A DNA stretch of 64,000 nucleotides from an uncultured Gemmatimonadota bacterium (GTDB lineage Bacteria > SM23-81 > DAOVCL01): assembly GCA_964626665.1 (NCBI GenBank), contig CAZVGK010000015.1, positions 9,443-73,442 on the forward strand, given 5' to 3'. The position numbers were made by a program, and so were the translations under genes. Below are positions 42,240 through 52,400 of this stretch, one piece after another; within the stretch, counting starts at the first letter, position 1; the number at the start of each line of letters is the position of its first letter. Under the pieces are notes generated by a model. It saw nothing but the letters and a program-made list of their open reading frames with translations. It was not told the DNA's origin and did not search any database.

Positions 42240-42461
42240 CTTTTCAACAATTTTCTTTGCTTAAAGCATAATCCGGCTATTCTCCTCGGGAATACCTTCC
42301 CCTTTTGACGATTACCCCCTCGGTTAACGGCAAGGCGAAGAGTAGGGGCCAAAAAACCAAAGCCAATTGCAACCAGAAAAGGGGCCTGACATTCCCACCT
42401 CCATTTATTACTCAGGCCACTTGTCCATGGGCCCCTTTTACCTCAGCCAGAGGCCCATAAA

Positions 42462-43430
42462 CTATTTGGCCAAAATTGAGGCCAGATTATAGAGACCTTT
42501 ATCCAGCCTTTTCTTCTTCTCCCAGGATTCATTTAAAGGGGTAAGGACTACCCTCCCATTTACCTCCCCTACCATCTTGTCCTTCTCCCCTTTGGTCAAG
42601 GCCTCTACCGCCGCTGCTCCTAACCTGCTGGCCAAGACCCTATCTCTGGCAGTGGGCCTACCGCCTCTTTGTATATGGCCCAAGACTACCACCCTAAAAC
42701 CCACGCCTATAGAAGATTTGATCTCCTTAGCAATCTGGAAAGCCCCACCAGCTTCATCCCCCTCTGCCACCACCACAATAGCACTTGTTTTCCCCTTTTT
42801 CTTACCCTCAGTTAACCTTTTACAGATAGCAGGTAGGTCTGTTTTGACCTCCGGAATCAGGATTTCCTCTGCTCCCCCACCTATTCCCACTTCCAAGGCA
42901 ATAAAACCGGCTTTCCTACCCATCACCTCTACCAGGAATATCCTTTCATGGGCGGCTGCCGTATCTCTGATCCTGTCTATGGATTCCAGGGCAGTGTTCA
43001 CCGCGGTATCATACCCTATGGTATAGTCACTGCCATAGATATCATTGTCAATGGTGGCCGGAACGCCAATTGCCGGCGTATACCACTCCACAAAGAGGTC
43101 ATGTGCCCCGCGAAAGCTACCATCCCCTCCAATCACTATCAGACCCTCAACATTGGCCTCACCCAATTTCAGGGCAGCCATCTTTCTTCCCTCCTTAGTG
43201 GTGAACTCCTGAGAACGTGCCGTTTCCAGTATTGTCCCTCCCCGTTGGATAATGTTAGAGACCGATCTCATCGTCATAGGGAAAAGCTCACCGGCAATCA
43301 GGCCGGCATATCCCCTCCTTATCCCCATCACATCCAGATCGTTATATAAAGCCATTCTTACCACTGCCCGCAGGCAAGCGTTCATCCCCGGGGCATCTCC
43401 GCCACTGGTTAAGACGCCAATCCTCTTCAT
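42462..43430 (-). CDS. pfkA: ATP-dependent 6-phosphofructokinase
   Basis: TSGGDAPGMNA, GGDGS, TIDND, EVMGR, LGHIQRGG. Confidence 0.97.
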   Translation of the reverse strand: MKRIGVLTSGGDAPGMNACLRAVVRMALYNDLDVMGIRRGYAGLIAGELFPMTMRSVSNIIQRGGTILETARSQEFTTKEGRKMAALKLGEANVEGLIVIGGDGSFRGAHDLFVEWYTPAIGVPATIDNDIYGSDYTIGYDTAVNTALESIDRIRDTAAAHERIFLVEVMGRKAGFIALEVGIGGGAEEILIPEVKTDLPAICKRLTEGKKKGKTSAIVVVAEGDEAGGAFQIAKEIKSSIGVGFRVVVLGHIQRGGRPTARDRVLASRLGAAAVEALTKGEKDKMVGEVNGRVVLTPLNESWEKKKRLDKGLYNLASILAK

Positions 43431-43802
43431 TACAGCCTCCTGATGTATTATTACTTAGGACACATTATATAGTTTCTGTCTGAATTTGTCATTCCCGCAC
43501 GCCGTTAGCGGGAATCCATTGCTGAATTCAAGTAGATTCCGGCTTAAAGATTGCCGGAATGACAGGAAATATGGGTATTTCCGGACAGACACTATATAGT
43601 TTACACATTATTGGGATTGCTTCGCTGCGCTCGCAATGACATGTAATCTATTTATTGCCCTTAGTGGTATCTTTTGTTCGTTGCCTGTTCCTGCTATCTA
43701 ATGAGAGGATAATAGCAAAAGATAGGGGAGATGTCAAAAAGATTCTCACCCCACCGAAAATCCCCTTGACCTTAGGGGGATGAGAGGGTATTATTCACGG
43801 CG

Positions 43803-46211
43803 ATGGCTATGGGTAAAAGGGGAAAGGGCCCTTATTTGGTGGTCCACGGACATTTTTACCAACCCCCACGGGAAAACCCCTGGACAGAGATGGTGGAGAG
43901 GGAGAAAACCGCTTTCCCCTATCATAATTGGAATCAGAGGATCTCGCACCAGTGTTACCGGCCGAACTCCGCGGCACGCATAGTGGATGGAGAGGGAAAG
44001 ATCTTGGATATAGTCAACAACTACTCCCTGATGAGTTTCAACTTTGGCCCCACCTTGTTAAGCTGGCTTGAGGATAATGACCCCGTAACCTATCTTAGGA
44101 TATTAGAGGCAGACCGGAGGAGCATTGCCCTCCGCTCCGGGCATGAAAACGCCCTGGCCCAGGTCTACAATCACCTGATTATGCCCTTAGCTATCTACAG
44201 GGATAAGTGGACCCAGGTGAGATGGGGGATTGAGGATTTCAAATTTAGGTTTGGCAGGGAACCGGAGGGGATGTGGCTCCCGGAAACGGCGGTAGATGAA
44301 GAGACATTATCCGTCTTGGCGGAAAATGGGATTAAGTTCACCATTCTGGCTCCCCATCAAGCCAAAAGGGTAAGAAGGATTGGGGGAATGAGGTGGAGAA
44401 GGGTGACCTCTGAATCCTTAGATACTACCAAGGTCTACAGATGTTTCCTCAAGGGGCAGCACATTGACATCTTTTTCTATAATGGTCCCATCTCCTATGA
44501 GATAAGCTTTGGAGACTTCTTAAAGAATGGCGAGCTCCTTGCCCAGAGGCTGAGGGAAGCCCTCAGGCCCAGGGATAAGGGAAAACAACTTATCCTTGTG
44601 GCCACAGATGGGGAGACATTCGGCCACCACAAACCATTTGGAGAGATGGCCTTAGCCTATATCCTAAGCAGGGAGGTTGCCCAAAAGGGTTTGAGGGTAA
44701 CGAATTTAGGGCAATTTGTTGAGGAGAACCCTCCCCAATGGGAGGTAGAGATCGATGAAGGGCCCCGGGGAGAGGGGAGCTCCTGGAGCTGCAGCCACGG
44801 GGTAGGGAGATGGAAGGAGGATTGTGGCTGCTCCACGGGGGGGCAACCCCACTGGAATCAGGGTTGGAGGAAATCCTTGAGGGAGGGGTTGGACTGGTTA
44901 AGGGACAAATTGGCCGCCATCTACGAAAGGGAAGGGGGAAAATACTTGAGGGATGTTTGGCAAGCAAGGGATGAATATATCAAGGTTATCCTGGATAGAA
45001 GCCCCAAAAATGTAAATAAATTTTTTAAAAAAATTCAAACCTATCCTTTAAATAAAGATGAAAAAATCAGGTGTCTTAAACTGTTAGAGATACAAAGAAA
45101 TGCCATGTTGATGTTCACCAGTTGTGGCTGGTTCTTTGCCGATATATCTGGATTGGAGTCGGTGCAGATACTAAAATATGCTGCTCGCGCCGTTGAATTG
45201 GCCAAAGATCTCACCCAGAAAGATCTGGAGAAGACTCTGCTTCAATTTCTGCGAAAGGCAAAGAGCAACCTCGAGAAGTACGAGGATGGGGAGAAGATCT
45301 ACCTCAAGCAGGTGAAACCAATTGCCGTCCCTCCTCAAGTTGTTATGGCTAATTATGCCCTCAGGCTCCCCTTTCGCTGGGAAAAGAGGAAGGAAATAAA
45401 AATTTCCTCCTATCAAATAGCGGATAGAGGGGGTCGGACTAAAAGGCTGGGGCGGGAAAAATTTGCCTGGGGAAAGGCAAATTTAGAGAGCCTCTTAACC
45501 AGGGAGGAGGAGAGTTTTCTCTATCTAACCCATTTTCAAAGAGAGGGAAGACTTGACTGCTGGATTAAGAGATCGAATGAAGCGGATTGGCCACAAACCC
45601 CTGACCCTGAGCAGCTTATCTCTCAGGTTAAGGGAGAAATGGGCTGGAAGAGCTGCACCCCTCAGGACCTTTCTGCGGAGTGGAGGGAGGAAATCTTAGG
45701 TTATCTGCAGGAGGAGGCGTTAAAAGAGGTCAATCGGAGCCTGCGCCGGATATATAAGAGAAACCTTGGTTTGATTAAAAACCTGCAGGAAAATGGGGGG
45801 GGAGTTCCTCAGATCTTTAGGCAATTGGCTTCCTTTTTGCTCATCCTGCGCTTGGAAAAGGGAATAGAGGGGATGAGGGGGGATTTTGAGAAAAACTTCC
45901 GGCGGATTGTTCAGCTCCATTCTGATATGGAGAATTTTGGCTATCTCCCACCCCAGGGAAGATTAGAGCCCCTTTTCTCCGAGCCCCTCTCTGCCAGGGT
46001 GAAGAACTTGGTTCAGAACCTCTCCCTCAGGGAGATTAAGAGGATAGATAAACTTTTGGATCTGGCGGATCAATGGGGGTTGCAGCCGGATTTAAGGGGG
46101 GTTCAAGAGGATTTTTATCCTCTATGGAAGGGGAGAATCCGGGCGAAAGGGACGAGAAACCGCCAACGACACTTGAACGGATTAGCGGAGAAACTCGGTT
46201 TCAGTGTTTAG
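43803..46211 (+). CDS. Glycoside hydrolase family 57 protein (DUF3536)
   Basis: HGHFYQPPRENPW, GMWLPET, ATDGETFGHH, SWSCSHGVGRW, MFTSCGWFF. Confidence 0.93.
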   Translation: MAMGKRGKGPYLVVHGHFYQPPRENPWTEMVEREKTAFPYHNWNQRISHQCYRPNSAARIVDGEGKILDIVNNYSLMSFNFGPTLLSWLEDNDPVTYLRILEADRRSIALRSGHENALAQVYNHLIMPLAIYRDKWTQVRWGIEDFKFRFGREPEGMWLPETAVDEETLSVLAENGIKFTILAPHQAKRVRRIGGMRWRRVTSESLDTTKVYRCFLKGQHIDIFFYNGPISYEISFGDFLKNGELLAQRLREALRPRDKGKQLILVATDGETFGHHKPFGEMALAYILSREVAQKGLRVTNLGQFVEENPPQWEVEIDEGPRGEGSSWSCSHGVGRWKEDCGCSTGGQPHWNQGWRKSLREGLDWLRDKLAAIYEREGGKYLRDVWQARDEYIKVILDRSPKNVNKFFKKIQTYPLNKDEKIRCLKLLEIQRNAMLMFTSCGWFFADISGLESVQILKYAARAVELAKDLTQKDLEKTLLQFLRKAKSNLEKYEDGEKIYLKQVKPIAVPPQVVMANYALRLPFRWEKRKEIKISSYQIADRGGRTKRLGREKFAWGKANLESLLTREEESFLYLTHFQREGRLDCWIKRSNEADWPQTPDPEQLISQVKGEMGWKSCTPQDLSAEWREEILGYLQEEALKEVNRSLRRIYKRNLGLIKNLQENGGGVPQIFRQLASFLLILRLEKGIEGMRGDFEKNFRRIVQLHSDMENFGYLPPQGRLEPLFSEPLSARVKNLVQNLSLREIKRIDKLLDLADQWGLQPDLRGVQEDFYPLWKGRIRAKGTRNRQRHLNGLAEKLGFSV

Positions 46212-46756
46212 CATTATGTAGATGGCTTGTGAGGTCAGACATTTATCTTTGGGGGATACTATGGTCAGATCAGGGGATCTGATCGCGCAACTGTGCGATA
46301 TTTAAGGCACCAGCGAAGCTTCGCCTTCCCGGCCCGGGAGGGGCAAACCGTCAAGGTAAGGCAACTTAAACTGGGCGAAGCTCCGAATTTGAAATTGAAA
46401 AATGCAAAGGGTAAAAGTGAATCTTCCCACCCACAGAGCAGGCATTCACGACACTTCCCTCCCCCTTGATGGGGGAGGACTAAGGAGAGAGTGAGAATTA
46501 TCTCCGATTCCCCCCTGACCCTGACCCTCTCCCACCAGGGGAGAGGAAACTATAAGGATGTCATTCATCCCCGTTTACAGAACTGGGCATTCTGATATTT
46601 TCAATTTACAATTGCTGGCTGCAAACTATTGCCTCAAATTTTAAGAGTTGCCTTTCGAAGCCGGCTAATATTGGCTCTTATGTTATGAATTGGTGGAGGC
46701 CGGAAAAAATCCTTGACATTCACCGTTGCACGAATTATTTTAGGGTTTAACGCGGT

Positions 46757-46833
46757 GGGGCTGTAGCTCAGCTGGGATGAGCGCTTGTCTGGCAGACAAG
46801 AGGTCACGGGTTCGATCCCCGTCAGCTCCACCA
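46757..46833 (+). tRNA. tRNA-Ala(GGC)
   Basis: GGGGCTG acceptor, CTGGCAG loop, GGTTCGATCCC, CCA end. Confidence 0.95.
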
Positions 46834-47191
46834 ATTTATTTCAGATGATTTGGAACATTTTTGCAACCTTCTCCTTCCTGATCAAATTTATCCTTTACGA
46901 AGGCCTTAGTGGTCTATGGGCTGGGTTTTGTGCCTGCATCTCCCTTTCCATCTGCTTGGCCGGATTTCTCCTTCTCCTCTGGCTGAAGCTCAGGAGGGAA
47001 CCATCCCCCCAACTAAGCCTCAAACTGGCTTATCATTCCTCTAAGCGCCATTCCAATTGACCATATTTAGACCAGATTACCCTGTTTGAATAGCAAGGGC
47101 TCTCCTCGCCGGTGAGGTGGACATCCTTGATCATCCACCTAAATACCCTTTAAAAGCTGGCTATCTCTGTCCTTCCTCCCAAAATATAGGT

Positions 47192-47207
47192 TGGCATAAA
47201 ATTTGCA
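47192..47207 (+). promoter_or_regulatory. Sigma54 -24/-12 promoter candidate upstream of the MltD-like gene
   Basis: TGGCATAAAATTTGCA (GG-N10-GC). Confidence 0.55.
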
Positions 47208-47362
47208 TTATCAACAACAGGTAGATAGGTCTTGGTTAAGCGTGGGCCATATTCGGATCAACCCAAGGGGTTTCTCTAAAGAGACTTTCGCATTGAAACC
47301 CCAAAAAAGGGTTGACAAGGGAAAATGGATATAGTATTTTGAACTTTTGCCGGGAGGGAAAA

Positions 47363-49192
47363 GTGAGTCTCAAAAAACTTCCCCCTTTATTGCCTCTCTT
47401 TTTTCTGTTTATCGGCTGTTTCTCGCTCCCGCAGCGGAGCATCAAAGAGGAGAAACTCCCTCCTCCACCTCTTCCGCAAGTTAAATTAGGGGAGGATGAG
47501 TTTGCTCAAGGGGAACTGCAGAGGGCAAGAGGGCTTTATGCTTTGGGGGTGAGGGCGATTGGCGAACGGAAGTGGGACAAGGCACAAGAGCACTTTGAAA
47601 AAGCCATAGAGATCTTAGTTGATCTGGATTTGGATGAGGAGCACCCCCAATTGGTGGGCCAGTTTGACCTTCTTCTCAATCAGATCTCCAGCGATTACCG
47701 GCGGGCCTTAGCCTCCATTGAGGAGTTGCCCCCTGGGATTTCCGTCTCTGCAGTGATGGAACGGCTCCAGGAGATGAAGATCTCCCATAAGGAGATAGAA
47801 TCTCTCTACTTCCCGCTATTTGACCCCACTCGTTACGATTTTCCCGTTTGCTGGAATGAAGAGGTGAAAAGGTGTATCCATTTCTACCAAACCACTGGTC
47901 GGAAACCCTTTGTTGCCTGGTTGAAGAGATCCGGGAAATATGTCTCTATGATGAGGGAGATCCTTAAGGAGGCAGGGTTGCCACAGGATTTGGTGTACCT
48001 TGCCCTCATAGAAAGTGGATTCAACCCCTATGCTTACTCCTGGGCCCGTGCTGTGGGGCCCTGGCAGTTTATCTATTCAACTGGCCGACTCTTTGGCTTG
48101 CAGAGAAACTGGTGGATGGACGAGAGAAGGGATCCAGAGAAGTCAACCAGGGCTGCGGCCGCTTATCTTTCGGAGCTCTATCAGGAGTTTAAATCCTGGC
48201 CTTTAGCCATTGCGGCCTACAACTGCGGAAAGGGGAGGGTCCACCGGGCTATCCGTAAATTTAAGACGAGGGACTTCTGGTCATTGCCCCTTCCCAGGCA
48301 GACCAGAAATTATGCCCCCTCCTATATGGCAGCTACTATAATCGCCAAAGACCCAGAGATATATGGTTTCAACATAAAGGTAGACAAGCCCCTTTCCTGG
48401 GATCTCGTCTGGGTGGATGGATCAACTGACTTGCGGGTAGCGGCAAAATGTGCGGGGACCACCTATAAAAGGATTAAGGAGTTAAATCCTGAGCTTTCCC
48501 GTTGGTGTACTCCCCCGCGGATCAAGAGATATGCGCTGCGGATTCCCGCTGGCAGGAAAGGGATGTTTGAGGCCAACTATTCGCGGCTTCCTGCAAAGAA
48601 GAAGGTTGTCTGGGACAGACACAGGGTCAAAAGAGGGGAGACCCTTTCCCAAATAGCTGAAGAATATCATACTTCTGTCTGGGCGATTGTCGATGCCAAT
48701 TCCTTGAAGAACAGACATCGGATCATCGCCGGGGATTACCTGCTCATCCCAGTTCCCCCATCCCGCAGCTCTCGTGTAACCCATACGAAAAAGGGTGTTC
48801 CCACTCCCTCCCAGCAGGGCAAGAAGATTGTCTATAAGGTAAAGAAGGGGAATACATTGAGCCAAATTGCCGCAGAGTTTGGGGTGAAGAGCGGGGACTT
48901 GAGGAAATGGAACGGGTTACAGAAGGGTAGGTTTATCTATCCCGGACAGGAGCTTGGTATCTGGGTAGAGCCGGGTTTCCGGCGCTTATCCTCTAACTTG
49001 GAGGAAAGTGACGGAAAGGGCAAGGAAAAGTTGATTTATGTTGTACGCACCGGGGATACCCTTTGGGATATTGCCCGCGGATTTGGGGTAGAGGTGAAGG
49101 ATCTCTGCCGTTGGAATGACCTCCACCCCAGACAGAGGATCTACCCAGGGGAGAAACTCCAGATTTTTGTGCAAATGGACAAAACCCTGTAA
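47363..49192 (+). CDS. MltD-like lytic transglycosylase with three LysM domains
   Basis: LALIESGFNP, AVGPWQF, AAYNCGKG; three LysM repeats; lipoprotein-like signal. Confidence 0.9.
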   Translation: MSLKKLPPLLPLFFLFIGCFSLPQRSIKEEKLPPPPLPQVKLGEDEFAQGELQRARGLYALGVRAIGERKWDKAQEHFEKAIEILVDLDLDEEHPQLVGQFDLLLNQISSDYRRALASIEELPPGISVSAVMERLQEMKISHKEIESLYFPLFDPTRYDFPVCWNEEVKRCIHFYQTTGRKPFVAWLKRSGKYVSMMREILKEAGLPQDLVYLALIESGFNPYAYSWARAVGPWQFIYSTGRLFGLQRNWWMDERRDPEKSTRAAAAYLSELYQEFKSWPLAIAAYNCGKGRVHRAIRKFKTRDFWSLPLPRQTRNYAPSYMAATIIAKDPEIYGFNIKVDKPLSWDLVWVDGSTDLRVAAKCAGTTYKRIKELNPELSRWCTPPRIKRYALRIPAGRKGMFEANYSRLPAKKKVVWDRHRVKRGETLSQIAEEYHTSVWAIVDANSLKNRHRIIAGDYLLIPVPPSRSSRVTHTKKGVPTPSQQGKKIVYKVKKGNTLSQIAAEFGVKSGDLRKWNGLQKGRFIYPGQELGIWVEPGFRRLSSNLEESDGKGKEKLIYVVRTGDTLWDIARGFGVEVKDLCRWNDLHPRQRIYPGEKLQIFVQMDKTL

Positions 49193-49204
49193 CCAAGGAG
49201 GAAG

Positions 49205-50095
49205 ATGGCAAAAAAGGGCGATTGGGCAGCAGGGATCATCATTGGCGTAAGCTTCCTGTTGGTGGGAGCCCTATTCCTCTTGATGTTGATTGGGCTTGCC
49301 GGTCAGAGGGGAACCCTCAACCTGCCAAGCTGGGGGAAGAAGATAGCCCTGGTTGAGGTAAATGGAGTCATCAATAACCCGCAGCTTATTGTGAAACAGA
49401 TTAGGTCTTACAAAAAGGACGACTCTGTTCTTGGAATGGTCTTAAGGATTAACAGCCCAGGGGGAGGGGTGGCCGCAGCCCAGGAGATTTACGAGGAGCT
49501 GCAAAAGTTCAAGGAGGCTGGGAAAGGGTTGGTAGCTTCCTTCGGTTCTGTGGCTGCATCAGGAGGTTACTATATTGCCTGTGCGACAGATTCCATAGTA
49601 GCCAACCCCGGATCCATTACAGGCAGCATCGGGGTTATTTACGAGTTCCCCAATGCTCAAGAGCTATTAAAGAAGATCGGATTGAGATTTGAAGTTGTGA
49701 AAAGTGGTAAGTATAAAGATATTGGCTCCCCCTCCCGAAAGTTAACTCCGGAGGAGAGGAAGCTCCTGCAATCCGTGATAGATGATGCCTACAATCAGTT
49801 TATCGGGGCCATCTGTCAGGGAAGAAACCTGAATGAGACTAAGGTAAGAAGGATAGCTGATGGAAGGATATTCACGGGGAACCAGGCCAAGAAGATAGGG
49901 TTGGTGGACCGGTTAGGAGATTACCACGATGCTATCCTTCTAGTGGCCAGGATGTGTGGAATAAGGGGAGAGCCGAAGACGGTTAAGTTAAGGAGAAGGA
50001 GGCCGGGAATCCTTGATCTCCTTTTCAGCAAGCTCAAACTCTGGGGACCGGAGGGGAATTACAGAACCCCCAGCTTACAATACAGGTTTCAATGA
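49205..50095 (+). CDS. sppA: Signal peptide peptidase SppA (S49)
   Basis: RINSPGG, AASGGYY, TGSIGV, KSGKYKD. Confidence 0.95.
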   Translation: MAKKGDWAAGIIIGVSFLLVGALFLLMLIGLAGQRGTLNLPSWGKKIALVEVNGVINNPQLIVKQIRSYKKDDSVLGMVLRINSPGGGVAAAQEIYEELQKFKEAGKGLVASFGSVAASGGYYIACATDSIVANPGSITGSIGVIYEFPNAQELLKKIGLRFEVVKSGKYKDIGSPSRKLTPEERKLLQSVIDDAYNQFIGAICQGRNLNETKVRRIADGRIFTGNQAKKIGLVDRLGDYHDAILLVARMCGIRGEPKTVKLRRRRPGILDLLFSKLKLWGPEGNYRTPSLQYRFQ

Positions 50096-50320
50096 GGTTT
50101 CCCTGTATCTCCCCATGAGTTCTTGAATCTTAGCTCTTACAGAACCCAAGGTTCTAAAAGCCTCTCGCCTGATTAAAGACCAGAGGGGAGGTAAGATATT
50201 ATTGCCTTTGTGGGAACACGATTTTCGTTGGGGGCAGGCTCCTCCGGAGTTACCCCTTGTTCGCTCGGTAAAAGCAGAGACTGAGCATCTGCGGTTAACA
50301 CCTAAAAAGGAGGTTCAGCA

Positions 50321-50596
50321 ATGACCAAGGCTGACTTGGTAAGGGAAGTGGCTGAGGAGACGGGGTTTACAAAATCCGATACGGCGCTGATGCTAGAGGC
50401 CTTTCTTCAAGCAATCAAAAACGGCTTGAAGAAACACAAAAGGATAGATATTAGGGGCTTGGGTAGTTTGGGGGTAAAAATGAGGAAAGCCAGGCAAGCC
50501 AGGAACCCGCGCACTGGTGAGGCAGTTCCAGTTCCCAAAAGGTATGTGCCGGTTTTCAAGGCTTCCAGAAAGCTAAAGACCCTGGTGGCCAAGTAA
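50321..50596 (+). CDS. HU/IHF-family DNA-binding protein
   Basis: MTKADLV...ARNPRTGEAV...PVFKAS. Confidence 0.95.
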   Translation: MTKADLVREVAEETGFTKSDTALMLEAFLQAIKNGLKKHKRIDIRGLGSLGVKMRKARQARNPRTGEAVPVPKRYVPVFKASRKLKTLVAK

Positions 50597-50826
50597 GAGT
50601 GCACTTTTTCTAGTAGAAGCAGGGCAGATGGCTGCCCTGCTTCTACCAATTATCCCAAATTATGCATTAAACACCGAAAATCGCTGAAATTCCAAAAGAT
50701 CCAAAGAAAGGATTTCACCTAAAAAATGAAATGTTACTTTCTGCAAATCCCTGATATTTCAGTGGTTTCGGTGTCATTTAGTGTTTTCTCGCATAATCTA
50801 GGGTTAAATATCGAGGGGAGGGAAAA

Positions 50827-50995
<169 letters not shown>

Positions 50996-51006
50996 CTCTC
51001 ATCTCT

Positions 51007-51090
51007 GCCGAAGTGGCGGAACTGGTAGACGCGCTGCGTTCAGGGCGCAGTGCCCGTATGGGTGTGGGGGTTCAAATCCCCCCTTCGGCA
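51007..51090 (+). tRNA. tRNA-Leu(CAG)
   Basis: GCCGAAG acceptor, TTCAGGG loop, long variable arm. Confidence 0.95.
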
Positions 51091-51711
51091 CTGTTGTCCT
51101 TTAATGGATAGGACCAATGAGGATTTAGGGACATAAATGGTTCAATCTCCTTTTTTGGTAGGGTTCATTGTGCAAATGGGGCTTTCACTCAGTTTTACAT
51201 GGGTTTATACCAATTGGCCATAGATCAAAAATCTTCCTCTAAAAATAGCTTGACAAGTGGATTTGCAGGTGTTAATCTTCATTTGGTTTGTTTTACCTTT
51301 ATATCTTTTGATTTAAAAATCGTAGCGTAGCACAATTAGCATGTCTTGCCTTGGTGTATGAAGCGATGTTTTCCTAATACCTGGTAGAAGGAGTTAATAA
51401 ACAAGGTAGTTAATCGACATCCTTTTATGATTCCAATCTTAATGCCCATTCGAGGTTCACCATCTCGTTAAGAGATGTAAAAAAAACTATATATGGACCG
51501 GCATCGAAAATTCAGTTAAAGAGGAGCGGCGCACACCCGAGCGGAGCGGCTTTGCTTGTGGTTTGGAAACCACCAAAGCCTGCATAGAAAGGGGGCGATC
51601 AAACTACTATGTGGCTCCTTGATCTACTCGTTAGCTTATTAGGTAAAGGCGGCGATACTGATTGGTAATAGCTTTTCGATGTCGGTCCATTTTTTGTTCA
51701 CCACTTATCTC

Positions 51712-52385
51712 ACCGCAAAGCCGCCAAGTTCGCAAAGGAAATAAAAAAGCAAAAGCGAAATAAAACGAATGGTTAATAACTTTTAAAAAACTTTGCGTCC
51801 TTTGCGCCTCTGCGGTTAATCTGTCCCACCGCAAAGCCACTAAGATCGCAAAGGGGGGAAAACAAAAGGAAGGAGGAATGATTAAACGAGAAGATGAATT
51901 ATCAAATGAAATTATTGGATCAGCAATCGAAGTGCATCGGCATTTAGGGCCAGGATTGCTTGAATCTGCTTATGAAGAATGTCTCTGTCGAGAATTTGCT
52001 ATTAATAATATTGTCTTTGAAAGACAAAAGCCTCTTCCTATAAATTATAAAGGGATAAACTTGGACTGTGGTTATAGACCTGATCTCGTTGTAGAGAAAT
52101 TGGTAATTGTAGAATTAAAGACGATCCAACAAATCGAGGCTATACATCAAGCACAACTTTTGACATATTTGAAATTATCGAATCTAAAACTGGGGTTATT
52201 AATCAATTTTAATGTTCCAGTTTTAAAGGATGGGATAAAGCGATTGGTTAATAATCTTTAAAAAACTCTGCGTCCTTTGCGGTTAATCACTTATCTCACC
52301 GCAAAGACGCCGAGATCGCAAAGGAAATAAATGAAATAATTGGTTAATAATCTTTAAAGCTTTGCGCCCTTTGCGCCTTTGCGGT
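51712..52385. repeat. Three tandem ACCGCAAAG...CTTTGCGGT palindromic units, the middle one enclosing the GxxExxY gene
   Basis: Units 51712-51816, 51828-52283 and 52298-52385; further copies at 33425-33496 and about 58113-58174. Confidence 0.85.
51878..52261 (+). CDS. GxxExxY protein (PD-(D/E)xK nuclease-like)
   Basis: EVHRHLGPGLLESAYEECL...DLVVE..VIVELK...AQLLTYLK...GLLINFN. Confidence 0.95.
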   Translation: MIKREDELSNEIIGSAIEVHRHLGPGLLESAYEECLCREFAINNIVFERQKPLPINYKGINLDCGYRPDLVVEKLVIVELKTIQQIEAIHQAQLLTYLKLSNLKLGLLINFNVPVLKDGIKRLVNNL

Positions 52386-52400
52386 GAATTATTTCATCCA

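Noticed and set aside
46785-47060. ORFs overlapping tRNA-Ala, and similar short shadow ORFs antisense to long genes
   Set aside because: They overlap RNA genes or well-supported CDSs and carry no recognisable motifs
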